A stretch of 64,000 nucleotides of DNA from a virus. The DNA lies in IMG/VR virus record IMGVR_UViG_3300042197_000731, positions 32,001-96,000 of that record; one strand, given 5' to 3'. A model generated the notes under the pieces. The model saw only the letters and a list, made by a program, of their open reading frames with translations, was not told the origin of the DNA and did not search any database. The position numbers and the translations under genes were made by a program. Shown piece by piece: positions 20,881 through 30,386 of the stretch (its first letter is position 1; every line of letters begins with the position of its first letter).

Positions 20881-21420
20881 TCAATCGTCTTCTTGTAATT
20901 TCTTTGTTGAAGAAATTAGTTCAGTTAAAATATTTTCAACCAGTTGGTTTAAGGTAATATCCTGTTCATGGGCAATTGTGAAAAGTTTCATCAGAGTATC
21001 ATCATCCAAATCAACAGGAACCATGACACGAGTATCATATTCATTGCCGTTCATAATGGCATCGGCTTTAGCGATGAAATCCTCGTCAATTTCTAAAGTA
21101 ACGTACCTTACGCCATCCCATGCTTCCTCAACATCAAAGAATTCCGTGCTACGCTCACTGGATTCTTTACGATAAGCACTAGCATATTCTGGATCAATTA
21201 GGCGATATGCTCGATCATTAGTGTAATCACATACGTCAACTTCATAAACTTTTTGATTTTTGGTATCAAAAATAATGTTAGAACTGAAACCACCATCGCC
21301 ATGAATGCCGTTCCAGAAACTTAGTGAATAAGCATTATTCCCATAACAATTCCAGCCATAATCACTACCTTCTGTAATACGATAGTTTACAAGTTCCATC
21401 CAACGCTTTAGTGTAATCAT
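20881..21420 (-). CDS. Hypothetical protein with possible C-terminal ribbon-helix-helix element
   Basis: Start at MITLKRW with an AGGAG RBS; C-terminal AHEQDITLNQLVENIL. Confidence 0.65.
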   Translation of the reverse strand: MITLKRWMELVNYRITEGSDYGWNCYGNNAYSLSFWNGIHGDGGFSSNIIFDTKNQKVYEVDVCDYTNDRAYRLIDPEYASAYRKESSERSTEFFDVEEAWDGVRYVTLEIDEDFIAKADAIMNGNEYDTRVMVPVDLDDDTLMKLFTIAHEQDITLNQLVENILTELISSTKKLQEDD

Positions 21421-21437
21421 GTTTAAATCTCCTTGTA

Positions 21438-22727
21438 TTAGGCCGCTTCGGCCAAAGCACGTTCGTAAATTGCCCACACACCGAACGGTGGTTGAGCGTT
21501 TTCATTACCCTTGATGATGAATACGGTATCGCAGTAATCAGGATCTCCCCACGAAGAATAGGGCATACCGTCCGTAAACATAATGAACTTCTTGGGTTCA
21601 ATATCATTAGATTTCATATATTCCCAGTTTGCCATGAAATCAGTGCCACCGCCACCCATGGGTTGATAGGTTTCAATATCTTCAAGATTTTCACTGGAAA
21701 AAGTCTGATGATTGTAAATTTCAGTATCAAAACTCCATACTTGAATTTTGTATTCATCATATGCTTCCATGATGCCACGAATTTCACTCAAGAATGCTTT
21801 GATATCCGCTTCGCCGATACTACCAGACGTATCAATAGCAATACAAACATCAATTTGAGTTCCAGGCTTCATGCCAGGCATAACGGCGTCCATATGCCAA
21901 CTACGACGATTAGGCTTCATCCAACTAAAATCGTCCTTGATTGTGGACTGAATTTGTTGTTGAAGCAATTCACGCCAGTTTACAACAGGCTTGGTAAGAT
22001 CCTTGATCAGACGCTTTACGCCAAGAGGAATATTACCGGCGCCAGAACTTTGCGCCGCTTGAAGAACCGCCTGTCGAATTTCATCACGAAGTTCTGCCTT
22101 CTCCTGCTCAGACAACCTCAACTTACGCTTACCCTTACCACTCTCGCCATTGCCGTCTTTGTCGTCCTCGCCATCGCCTGACCCATTGGAATCATCCTCC
22201 ATATGTTCGTCAAGGAGTTTATCCATCAGGCTGCTAATGTCAATCTTCTCGGCATTCTCATACAGATCGTCATAAACTTCTTCGGCACTCCAGCCCGTAT
22301 ACTTCTTATCGTACAGGCATGGATTAATTTGCGTACCGATTCGCTGATCAATAAGATCAGCATTTACGCAATAGTCCGCAGCGCAATTAAACAGCATACG
22401 ATCACGGAAGTCGCCATTACGGCCGATGTGATCATAAACATTGTGGAGAACTTCGTGACCAAACAGGAATTGAAGTTCACCTGCTGACAGATTGTTTACG
22501 AATTCCGTATTGTAGTAGAAATTACGACCATCGGTGGCGGCGGTAGGCAGCCAATCATCGGCATTGATCAGTTTCAGCCTGGTTGCCAGATTGCCAAAGA
22601 ATGGAGCACTGATTAGTAGAGCAATACGCGCGGTAATCAGTTTTTCGCGGGCAGCGGCATCCGCCACAGGACAAACGGTGTCCTTGAGTTTGCCACCGGC
22701 ACGCTTTTTGGAAGATGTCGTTGCCAT
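21438..22727 (-). CDS. HEXXH metallopeptidase-like plus vWA domain protein (DUF2201-like)
   Basis: TAATDG, HEVLH, an acidic linker and a DTSGS MIDAS motif with GGGTDF and FTDG. Confidence 0.88.
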   Translation of the reverse strand: MATTSSKKRAGGKLKDTVCPVADAAAREKLITARIALLISAPFFGNLATRLKLINADDWLPTAATDGRNFYYNTEFVNNLSAGELQFLFGHEVLHNVYDHIGRNGDFRDRMLFNCAADYCVNADLIDQRIGTQINPCLYDKKYTGWSAEEVYDDLYENAEKIDISSLMDKLLDEHMEDDSNGSGDGEDDKDGNGESGKGKRKLRLSEQEKAELRDEIRQAVLQAAQSSGAGNIPLGVKRLIKDLTKPVVNWRELLQQQIQSTIKDDFSWMKPNRRSWHMDAVMPGMKPGTQIDVCIAIDTSGSIGEADIKAFLSEIRGIMEAYDEYKIQVWSFDTEIYNHQTFSSENLEDIETYQPMGGGGTDFMANWEYMKSNDIEPKKFIMFTDGMPYSSWGDPDYCDTVFIIKGNENAQPPFGVWAIYERALAEAA

Positions 22728-22737
22728 AGTTTACCTC

Positions 22738-23847
22738 TTAACGAGCATTAGCGTTGGTGATGTACTTACCGAATCGCTTATAGAATTCATCAAAATTCTT
22801 CAACTTACCAGGAACAATCGGCAGACCGTAAGTAGTCAGAGCAACACGAGCGCCCATGACTGCCAGTTCGGTCGTAAAATTGTCCATAGCGTAGCGGAAG
22901 AAATAATCGCACATTTGAAACCAGTCTGCGTTCGGCTTGCCATTGAGTTTCTTGAGTTCGTCCTGCAGAGTATAGCACAGGGAAATTGTCAAGGAGTACA
23001 TAGCACTAATTTCTTTACTGTTCAGGTTAGTAACCTTGCCAGTCAAGATATCTTCTGGACGAGGCAGTTGACCGGCAATCTTACGGTGAGCCATAAACTT
23101 GATCGCAACACCTTCGCCGACCGCGCCAGCGATCAGATCCGTAAGATCGGAATCACTGATGGTTTCATCATCCAACAGGCTGGAAACGAACGACCAACTA
23201 CGTGGTGTAGCGAAACTACGGCTGGAACTACGCGGATCAAAATCATACAGATCCTGTTTGGCGAAGCCAATGTAGCCTACCACGTCCTTGTGGACACGAT
23301 TGGTAGTTGCCCAGATTTCCCAACTTGAGTGATCAACCCGCATTTCCAGGTGAATAAAACGGTTTGCCAGAGGCGCAGGCATACGATAGGTAACACCCTT
23401 ATCGCTTTCACGATTACCCGCAGCAACCACAACTACATTGTTGGGCAACTTATACTTACCGATGCGACGGTTCAGAATCAGTTGATACGCACTGGCTTGA
23501 ATGCTAGGCGCAGCGGAATTCATCTCATCAAGAAACAGAACCACGATGGGATACTGGCTGGCGAATTCCTCATCAGGCAGATCGATAGGCGGTGCCCAGT
23601 CCATCTTGCCGTTGTCCTTATTAAAGAAGGGAATACCGCGAAGATCGGTAGGCTCCATCTGAGCCAGACGCAGGTCAATAAACGCACCGCCCATTTCCTG
23701 AGAGATATCAGCGACAACCTCGCTCTTGCCAATACCAGGAGGGCCCCACAGAAACACGGGACGCTGATGCTTGAAGCAGGTCATGATAGCCCTGCGAGCG
23801 GTTTGAGTGGTAACGGTACGACTTTCGCTGATGGTTTCTTTGGACAT
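22738..23847 (-). CDS. MoxR-like/dynein-related AAA+ ATPase
   Basis: Walker A GPPGIGKS, Walker B LFLDE, AAGNR, PLANRF and TPRSW; paired with the vWA gene. Confidence 0.9.
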   Translation of the reverse strand: MSKETISESRTVTTQTARRAIMTCFKHQRPVFLWGPPGIGKSEVVADISQEMGGAFIDLRLAQMEPTDLRGIPFFNKDNGKMDWAPPIDLPDEEFASQYPIVVLFLDEMNSAAPSIQASAYQLILNRRIGKYKLPNNVVVVAAGNRESDKGVTYRMPAPLANRFIHLEMRVDHSSWEIWATTNRVHKDVVGYIGFAKQDLYDFDPRSSSRSFATPRSWSFVSSLLDDETISDSDLTDLIAGAVGEGVAIKFMAHRKIAGQLPRPEDILTGKVTNLNSKEISAMYSLTISLCYTLQDELKKLNGKPNADWFQMCDYFFRYAMDNFTTELAVMGARVALTTYGLPIVPGKLKNFDEFYKRFGKYITNANAR

Positions 23848-23882
23848 TGTAAAACTCCTTGTGGTGTGAAAGAATGAACAGA

Positions 23883-23911
23883 TTATATACGCAAACTTAT
23901 TTACTGTCTGT
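23883..23911 (-). promoter_or_regulatory. Sigma70-like promoter for the AAA-vWA operon
   Basis: Minus strand CAGACA-N17-TATAAT upstream of an AGGAG RBS. Confidence 0.5.
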
Positions 23912-23916
23912 AGTTT

Positions 23917-24153
23917 TTATGCTACATCCCAACAAATTTCTTCAATAATGTCTTCTACAGGAAGAGACGGATTATCCCATGTCTGAGACACAAGCTCGCT
24001 GTGGAAACTCAGATAGGTTCCATCACTGGAACGCAGCGCATTCATCACTGGAATCCTGTGTTCTGGTTCAATACGATTGATAACATTGTTAATCCTGATA
24101 GATAGACTGTTCATGGGGTATCCTTTTTCGTTGACATGGGAGTAGTGTATCAC
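23917..24153 (-). CDS. Hypothetical protein
   Basis: 78-aa ORF; the true start is probably the internal MNSLS after AAGGA. Confidence 0.5.
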   Translation of the reverse strand: MIHYSHVNEKGYPMNSLSIRINNVINRIEPEHRIPVMNALRSSDGTYLSFHSELVSQTWDNPSLPVEDIIEEICWDVA

Positions 24154-24284
24154 GGATGGCTATTTACAGTCAAAACTACTACTTTAAATTTTGGAAAGTT
24201 GTGTAAATACAACAGACAAGGAGGAAATAACGCACCAAAAATAATGAATTTCAATCATTCTTCGTTGTAGAAAAAGGGGCAAGT

Positions 24285-24806
24285 ATGATTGATCCATTTA
24301 CCGCATTTTCCGTTGCTAGTGCCGCATTCAACGGAATAAAAAAGGCAGTTGAAATAGGCAGAGAGGTACAGGACGTATATTCTCAATTGAGTCAATGGGC
24401 TGGTGCGATATCTGATTTACAGGAATCTATATCACAAATTGAAAATAGAAAACCTGGACTATTTGAGAAGATAGGATTCAGTAAGAACGAAACAGCGGAG
24501 GCATTCGACACATTTATAGCCAAACAAAAAATAATAGAAATGGAAAAAGAAATACATCATATGTTTACGTATGGTGAACTACAGCATTTAGGATCAGATG
24601 GTTATAAAGAATTTATTCAAATGCGTAGAAGCATAAAGGCTAAACGAGAAAAAATGATATATGAACAAATGCGTAGAAGACAGGAATTTGCTAGAAAAGT
24701 AAAAGATTACACATTAGCATTATTGTTACTAATACCTTCTACTATTTTAATATATCATATCATCAGTATTATTTACACAGCAGGAGTAAGTGCAGGCAAA
24801 TGGTAA
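24285..24806 (+). CDS. Hypothetical membrane-anchored coiled-coil protein
   Basis: MIDPFTAF..AFNGIKKAVE N-terminus and a C-terminal hydrophobic helix. Confidence 0.7.
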   Translation: MIDPFTAFSVASAAFNGIKKAVEIGREVQDVYSQLSQWAGAISDLQESISQIENRKPGLFEKIGFSKNETAEAFDTFIAKQKIIEMEKEIHHMFTYGELQHLGSDGYKEFIQMRRSIKAKREKMIYEQMRRRQEFARKVKDYTLALLLLIPSTILIYHIISIIYTAGVSAGKW

Positions 24807-24824
24807 TTTAAGGAGTTTTGCGAT

Positions 24825-24989
24825 ATGATTAAAATTACTAAATATATAGTGTTATTTGTAGGTGTACTTGTTTTGTCTGGATGTCAGGAGCGTTATAGAT
24901 ATCCATGTCAGGATCCAGCAAGACATCATGAATACCAATGTAAACCAGAAATTTGTGAGGAAACTAGAACATGTCCGAAGATACCATAG
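24825..24989 (+). CDS. Small Cys-rich lipoprotein
   Basis: Read by hand: MIKITKYIVLFVGVLVLSGCQERYRYPCQDPARHHEYQCKPEICEETRTCPKIP, with an LSGC lipobox and AAGGAG RBS. Confidence 0.7.
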   Translation: MIKITKYIVLFVGVLVLSGCQERYRYPCQDPARHHEYQCKPEICEETRTCPKIP

Positions 24990-25282
24990 ATATTGTAGAA
25001 ACTGAAAAAACATCAAAAATACGATTAACCATCGAAGAGTTGAATGCTCGCGTGAAAGCGTCAATAGTTATATGTTTAGCATTAACATTAATGGGTATCG
25101 TATTTGTTGTACTGTACAGCATAATATTTGTAACTCAGCCATTAGATGCTATTAGTCCAATTGATGCTAAATTTTTTGAATTAATAATTCCAATTGCTAC
25201 CTTTTTAACTGGCACATTGTCTGGATATATTCTATCCGGGGGCAAAGACGATAAAAAGGATTGTAAGGGATCCAAAGATTAA
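24971..25282 (+). CDS. Two-TM membrane protein
   Basis: Two hydrophobic helices flanking FVTQPLDAISPID. Confidence 0.7.
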   Translation: MSEDTIDIVETEKTSKIRLTIEELNARVKASIVICLALTLMGIVFVVLYSIIFVTQPLDAISPIDAKFFELIIPIATFLTGTLSGYILSGGKDDKKDCKGSKD

Positions 25283-25638
25283 ATAGAATTTTCGTAGTTT
25301 CGCAGCAACGTTTTTATATCTCCATCCATTAATATAAGCGTTGCTGTGTACTCATCATCGAATGTATATAATTTGCCCTGGGCAGGCATCAAAAAATAGA
25401 AACTAGGATAATATCGTTCCAATTGAAGTAATAATTTATTTGTTACTAACCCATCTATATTAAAACAGAAAGATTTTAATTTACAGTCTTTTGTTAAAAA
25501 AGAAAAACCATTAAGAGTTAGCCGTAAACTATCATTATTGGAATTATTGAACCAAATAATATTTTTAAATTTTATCAGCGGCAGTCCAGATTGAGCCGCG
25601 AATATTTTATTCAATTCAGTTTGGGTATACTTTTTCAC
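25279..25638 (-). CDS. Hypothetical protein
   Basis: 119 aa with an SLRLTLNG motif. Confidence 0.6.
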   Translation of the reverse strand: MKKYTQTELNKIFAAQSGLPLIKFKNIIWFNNSNNDSLRLTLNGFSFLTKDCKLKSFCFNIDGLVTNKLLLQLERYYPSFYFLMPAQGKLYTFDDEYTATLILMDGDIKTLLRNYENSI

Positions 25639-25906
25639 CTTGCTTCAACAGTATAACTTCAAACTGATTTGTCTTAAATAAGACGTTTAATTTCTTTGCT
25701 AAATTAATAGCATGACCTTTATTTGAAAAGGCAACTTTTTTGTATTTTGGACCAGGATAATTTACCAGCATATTGCTGGATTTAAGATTGAATGGTTGTC
25801 CATTATAAAACACAGCCCAAATGCCATCACTACTTAGTATCTGTTCGGTTTTATAATTACTTTTGTTTACATATTCAGTTAATATGTTGGGCTTGGGTCT
25901 ACTCAT
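25616..25906 (-). CDS. Hypothetical protein
   Basis: 96 aa (MSRPKP...GPKYKKVAFSNKGHA) with a GAGGTG RBS and upstream GATAAATA. Confidence 0.7.
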   Translation of the reverse strand: MSRPKPNILTEYVNKSNYKTEQILSSDGIWAVFYNGQPFNLKSSNMLVNYPGPKYKKVAFSNKGHAINLAKKLNVLFKTNQFEVILLKQGEKVYPN

Positions 25907-25974
25907 TTACACACCTCTAACTTGATAAATTCAATAATATACTAATATATTTATCAAATACAGAGGTAATATCC

Positions 25975-26205
25975 CTATTTGAATCCGCCGCCCGACATTA
26001 CAACTTGAATTACTTTATTTGGATCTTCTTGATTAGTAGCAGGCTTAGACGATAATCGTGCTATCATTGATAGTAATTCAAAAATATCTGCCTGTAGACC
26101 ACGTGCTTCTTGTGCGGAAAGTGTTAAATCTCGTGAACCAGACTGGTTCATTATTTTAAGTTTATCATTAAACTTTTTGATATGTAGAGTTAAATTATGC
26201 TCCAC
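25975..26205 (-). CDS. Hypothetical protein
   Basis: 76 aa ending in MSGGGFK. Confidence 0.6.
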   Translation of the reverse strand: MEHNLTLHIKKFNDKLKIMNQSGSRDLTLSAQEARGLQADIFELLSMIARLSSKPATNQEDPNKVIQVVMSGGGFK

Positions 26206-26659
26206 TGGATAATACCGCTTCCGCTTCTACTTTTGATTTGAATGGACCTAATGATTGATAACGATTTACCATGATAAGTTTAGGACAAAACATTATCTGC
26301 CATTCATTTTGAAATTTGATTGCGAAATACCCAGCACAATAGTGGCATTTACTGTTTTTCTTTTTAGTATATGCAGCAAACTTTTTCCTTACATTCCATA
26401 TGATATTATATGGTTTGCCGGATACTGGGTAATCGGTGATTAGATTTGAAGTGTTAGACTTTTTGCTATTTTTACGATCAAAGATGATATTATTTTCATC
26501 TCCTAACGTTGTAATACTGGCATAACGCTTTCGTTCTTGGTCTTTAACCAAAGAAAATCCACCAGCATCAATTGCTTGAATTGTGCCAATTTTTTGTCCA
26601 TTGGATTCAAGAATCCAATATTTGTTTGATAATACTGATTTTGCTATAGTTTTACTCAT
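26195..26659 (-). CDS. Hypothetical protein
   Basis: Start taken at MSKTIAK; SKCHYCAGY and FCPKL..GPFKS motifs. Confidence 0.65.
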   Translation of the reverse strand: MSKTIAKSVLSNKYWILESNGQKIGTIQAIDAGGFSLVKDQERKRYASITTLGDENNIIFDRKNSKKSNTSNLITDYPVSGKPYNIIWNVRKKFAAYTKKKNSKCHYCAGYFAIKFQNEWQIMFCPKLIMVNRYQSLGPFKSKVEAEAVLSSGA

Positions 26660-27650
26660 TTGATGGATATGGGTTAGATAAAATATCGGCAATTGTATTA
26701 GACATCTCGCTTAGACGATTTAGTTCATACTTACCGCAAAACTTAAGAAACTCAATACCTACCATTGGTTTACTCTTGGGCACTGAGCCTGTGATAATAG
26801 TTTCTGTAATCCACTCTTTAACGTGGGCAGGTTGAGCCTTGAGATCAATTAGTGTTCGGTTGCGTTCGTAGTCATCTAGGACACGATGTTCGGTGCTATT
26901 GTGGTCAGTCCAACGCTGTAGCATTAGATTATTCCAGTTGAAGCCGCGAGTTTTACGATCTTCAAATGCTTCAATCAAACCTACTTTGTTCTTTGAGCCT
27001 TTAACACGAACGCCTGGGTAAGCACTGAATACATTATCAGAACTATCACCACGAATACACTTTTCAAAAAGTAGCCACTCTGGATCAGGAATAGTTTTTG
27101 GCTCTTTAGTCTTCTTGTCTATTACCTGCTTGTTCTTCTTATCAAAGATGCCATTAATGGTGTGTAGTTCTTCTGTAATACCATTGTACTGAGATACGTT
27201 TGACGCAAGTAGTTGATAGAAATCAGTATCACTACTAACGATGATATGTTCATCATTAGGATGATGTTGAATCCAACCACTGATTAGATCATCTGCCTCA
27301 AGATTATTGTGTTTAAGAACGGTACAATTGGTCTTTTCAATGAGAAAAGTCTTGAGTTTTTCAAAAGTTTCCCAGAAAAGTTTGTCTTCTTCTAGTTCAC
27401 TTTCTGTAAGTGCGGCTTTTGCTACGGTACGATTTTTCTTGTACGGTTCATAGAAGTCTTTACGCCAACTACGACCTTCAAGGCAAAATACAACATGTTT
27501 TGCGCCAAAATCACGGTATGCTTTATTGACGCTTGCTAGCGTTACGTGGATGGAAAATCCCAGCTTGTCCCATGTATCACTTTGCCGACTGGCGGTATGA
27601 CGAGCACGGAAAAAGGTGTTTGCGGTGTCTACGATTAGATATTTTGTCAT
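26652..27650 (-). CDS. rnh: T4 RNase H-like 5'-3' exonuclease / flap endonuclease
   Basis: LIVD, SWRK..YK.NR, EADD, SSDTDF and GDSSDNV motifs. Confidence 0.9.
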   Translation of the reverse strand: MTKYLIVDTANTFFRARHTASRQSDTWDKLGFSIHVTLASVNKAYRDFGAKHVVFCLEGRSWRKDFYEPYKKNRTVAKAALTESELEEDKLFWETFEKLKTFLIEKTNCTVLKHNNLEADDLISGWIQHHPNDEHIIVSSDTDFYQLLASNVSQYNGITEELHTINGIFDKKNKQVIDKKTKEPKTIPDPEWLLFEKCIRGDSSDNVFSAYPGVRVKGSKNKVGLIEAFEDRKTRGFNWNNLMLQRWTDHNSTEHRVLDDYERNRTLIDLKAQPAHVKEWITETIITGSVPKSKPMVGIEFLKFCGKYELNRLSEMSNTIADILSNPYPSNE

Positions 27651-27685
27651 TTTAAATGGATGTTTTATGTGATGGCATCAGGTAA

Positions 27686-28357
27686 TTAATTTACTAAGAT
27701 CGCCTTTTGATTTTTCGTTTTCATTTTTTTTCTTCCGGGCGTTGAATAGTCCTTAGACACATGAGTTTTGTAAGTATGGCAATTAGCACATAATGTTTGG
27801 CAATTTTCTTCTCTGTTATCGTATGGATCACCATTAATGTGATCAACCTGCAATTGAGCAGAAATTTTAATAGGATAGTTACAAATATACCCTAAGCGTC
27901 CATCAATATTTTCACAATAATTTTTTCTATGTTTTCTATATGAATGCTTTGAATTCATATAATCAATGTATGAGGCAAAGCCTGCCTCTTTCGCTCTTAA
28001 TTCATTCATTGAACTTACGCGATCAGCGTGTGAGGCAAAGCCTTCTCTTATCGCATTCGCATTCAACTGATCGGCGTATGAGGCAAAGCCTGCCTTTTTC
28101 GCCCTTACATTCAAATACTCATAGGGTGAGGCACAGCCCGCATTTTTGGCCACTACCTCTTCAATAGAATTTAGACCATGCTTTTCTGCGACTTTTTTGC
28201 CATGATGTTTAGCACATAGAGATCGAAAAAGAGGTGTACCATCTTTACGATATGTTCCCATATGTTGCCTAGCATTATTACACTCGGGGTTAACACATTT
28301 CGGACGATCACCGATGGGAATAAAAATTTTATATGTGCCTTCAGATGATTTTTTCAT
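27686..28357 (-). CDS. HNH homing endonuclease with internal tandem repeats
   Basis: C-terminal QVDHINGDPYDNREENCQTLCANCH, four AG(C/F)AS repeats and an N-terminal Cys motif. Confidence 0.8.
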   Translation of the reverse strand: MKKSSEGTYKIFIPIGDRPKCVNPECNNARQHMGTYRKDGTPLFRSLCAKHHGKKVAEKHGLNSIEEVVAKNAGCASPYEYLNVRAKKAGFASYADQLNANAIREGFASHADRVSSMNELRAKEAGFASYIDYMNSKHSYRKHRKNYCENIDGRLGYICNYPIKISAQLQVDHINGDPYDNREENCQTLCANCHTYKTHVSKDYSTPGRKKMKTKNQKAILVN

Positions 28358-28393
28358 GATGCTATTACACTGATTGCTTGTTAAACACCGTGA

Positions 28394-28422
28394 ACTGTAT
28401 CATGACTTCATTTTTTTGTCAA
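28394..28422 (-). promoter_or_regulatory. Sigma70-like promoter
   Basis: Minus strand TTGACA-N17-TACAGT upstream of the HNH gene. Confidence 0.5.
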
Positions 28423-28426
28423 GCGA

Positions 28427-28891
28427 TTACGAAATTTCTGTTCTGCCTGATCCTATGTCTTTTTTCTGAACACCTGACACTGGTCTAGGATTGTTGGCTT
28501 CGTATTGTTCAAATGTTTCTAGTACGACATTCCTACATACATCCTGAAACCATTGATCCACAATTTGTGAATCGTCATTGCCTTTATACCCAGCACGGAT
28601 CAATTTAGCAACAAAAAATTCGTTCCAATCTAATTCAAAAGCGCCATTACCGATATTATTAGGATCTAAATCCACATTTACAATACTAACATAAGGTTCG
28701 CCTTTTTCAGTGGCAATTTCTTTTGCGGTTTTCTTAACAATTGGTTTAGATTCCGTTGGCTTCTTAACACGTTTCTTTTTCTCTTTTACTGATTCAGAAA
28801 CAGGTTCTACAACAGTTTCAATATTAGATATCTGTTGAACACCTTGTTCTGGTTGTTTTTGAGAAAGTAAATTTTTGATTATATTGAGCAT
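28427..28891 (-). CDS. Hypothetical protein
   Basis: 154 aa with KEIATEKGEPYV and GAFELDWN motifs. Confidence 0.7.
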   Translation of the reverse strand: MLNIIKNLLSQKQPEQGVQQISNIETVVEPVSESVKEKKKRVKKPTESKPIVKKTAKEIATEKGEPYVSIVNVDLDPNNIGNGAFELDWNEFFVAKLIRAGYKGNDDSQIVDQWFQDVCRNVVLETFEQYEANNPRPVSGVQKKDIGSGRTEIS

Positions 28892-28900
28892 TTTAGTACT

Positions 28901-29146
28901 TTAATGTTTTAGTGACCATATGATAAATTCATGTTTATCAATATAAAATTTTTCAATAGTGAATGATCCAGGCGGGGAACCTGGACCAATCATTCTTGTA
29001 CCTTTGTAGCAATGTGTTAGCCACAGCCTCTTTTCTGTTAGAAAACATTTTCTTGGTAATATACAAAAATGTAAATGCCAATCTTTGACATATTTTAAAT
29101 ATGGAGTTATAAAATCAATATAATCCAAAGCGGCTGGACCTAACAT
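28901..29146 (-). CDS. Hypothetical protein
   Basis: 81-aa ORF. Confidence 0.55.
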   Translation of the reverse strand: MLGPAALDYIDFITPYLKYVKDWHLHFCILPRKCFLTEKRLWLTHCYKGTRMIGPGSPPGSFTIEKFYIDKHEFIIWSLKH

Positions 29147-29158
29147 AGACGGAAACTT

Positions 29159-29287
29159 TCATTGATTGCTTCTATTTATTTTTGAAACAATTTTGTATAA
29201 AAATTTCTGAAACCAAACTGTACTAATAATATATACAAAACTTAATATTGATAATGGAATAAATAGATATACTAAGTTATTGAACAT
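29159..29287 (-). CDS. Possible 42-aa membrane peptide
   Basis: Read by hand: MFNNLVYLFIPLSILSFVYIISTVWFQKFLYKIVSKINRSNQ; it fills the intergenic gap. Confidence 0.4.
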   Translation of the reverse strand: MFNNLVYLFIPLSILSFVYIISTVWFQKFLYKIVSKINRSNQ

Positions 29288-29288
29288 A

Positions 29289-29492
29289 CTAAATTGTTTT
29301 TCCCAAATCAATATAAATTAATCTGTCTAGCAAATCTTCGTAATTCTTGCCCAGTCTTCTTGCCTGCCAGATGTCTGTAAGCAATTGGATATGTTCAAAT
29401 GTTTTATCTAGGCCGCGATCTTTTACTGCTTCGATTAAAATATCATCGTCTATATCATCTACGTCAATATCTATAGTAATTTTTCTACTCAT
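29289..29492 (-). CDS. Hypothetical protein
   Basis: 67-aa acidic ORF. Confidence 0.6.
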   Translation of the reverse strand: MSRKITIDIDVDDIDDDILIEAVKDRGLDKTFEHIQLLTDIWQARRLGKNYEDLLDRLIYIDLGKTI

Positions 29493-29524
29493 AGTGTGCC
29501 TTAGTATTAATTATATTAAAACAT

Positions 29525-29815
29525 TTATCTACCGATATTATCAATAAATATGATTTTTTCTACAGTTTTAGATACTTCTTCCTCTTCGTGAACGATATAA
29601 AGCACATTGTCGAATTCATCTATCTTTTTATTGTATCGTCTTGATGATAGAACATAACCGCCATTGGCATTGTGAACTGTAATAGTTAGTGGATATCTGG
29701 TATGTAGTGAGTTGACATCTTCTGCTACCGAAACTTCTAAGTTTCCCTTTAAGGCTCTACCAGACAACTTATTTGCCCCACTCCTACTGAACAGATTTCT
29801 TATCTTACTTAACAT
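29525..29815 (-). CDS. Hypothetical protein
   Basis: 96 aa with TVHNANGGYVL. Confidence 0.6.
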   Translation of the reverse strand: MLSKIRNLFSRSGANKLSGRALKGNLEVSVAEDVNSLHTRYPLTITVHNANGGYVLSSRRYNKKIDEFDNVLYIVHEEEEVSKTVEKIIFIDNIGR

Positions 29816-29820
29816 TGATA

Positions 29821-30000
29821 TTATCCTAGAATTCGTTGCTTTTCGAACTTTTTATATTGATCTGACTTGTATAAATCACGCTCATCAAACTTAAGCATGT
29901 TTTCTTTACAGAATTCTCTATACGCATCAAGATCATTAAAGATTCTAGTTACTTCAGGCTTCATTGTTAGATGCTTTTCGATGTACTTTGGCACTGCCAT
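29821..30000 (-). CDS. Small hypothetical protein (59 aa)
   Basis: Read by hand: MAVPKYIEKHLTMKPEVTRIFNDLDAYREFCKENMLKFDERDLYKSDQYKKFEKQRILG, with an AAGGA RBS. Confidence 0.7.
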   Translation of the reverse strand: MAVPKYIEKHLTMKPEVTRIFNDLDAYREFCKENMLKFDERDLYKSDQYKKFEKQRILG

Positions 30001-30014
30001 GATAAATTTTCCTT

Positions 30015-30386
30015 TTAGATTTTAAGTAACATACTAGGTGTTCTCGTTTCATACTTTGCGAGAATACCCATATTTGAGTTGTTTAATTCTATCCAAATGT
30101 TTTTGTCTGGATAAAAAGTTGCTAATCTTTCATAGATATCATCCACTAATAGATGATAATTACTAGTATTTAACGACGAATCATCCTCTGGATATAAATT
30201 CATAATAGAAGGAATAACTTCATTCATATTTGTTGTTTGATTATTCCAAGTAGAACAATCAATCCACACTTTAAAAGATAGTTCTTCGCCATTGACATTT
30301 CGAACAAATTTTGCCCAGAATTTTTTGTCTGAATGTTTAATAATTCTCTGTCGTTGCTCAGAAAGCATTTGATCACGCTGTAACAT
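30015..30386 (-). CDS. Hypothetical protein, possibly a degenerate QueD/PTPS-like T-fold protein
   Basis: The pattern FKVWID...LVDDIYERLATFYPDKNIWIEL recalls phage QueD-like proteins, but no HxH metal motif is present. Confidence 0.45.
   Translation of the reverse strand: MLQRDQMLSEQRQRIIKHSDKKFWAKFVRNVNGEELSFKVWIDCSTWNNQTTNMNEVIPSIMNLYPEDDSSLNTSNYHLLVDDIYERLATFYPDKNIWIELNNSNMGILAKYETRTPSMLLKI

Noticed and set aside
21492-23877. Long + strand ORFs (229, 264 and 182 aa)
   Set aside because: They are antisense shadows of the GC-richer vWA and AAA genes and have no motifs.
24852-25064. 70-aa minus-strand hydrophobic ORF
   Set aside because: It overlaps the better supported + strand lipoprotein and membrane genes.
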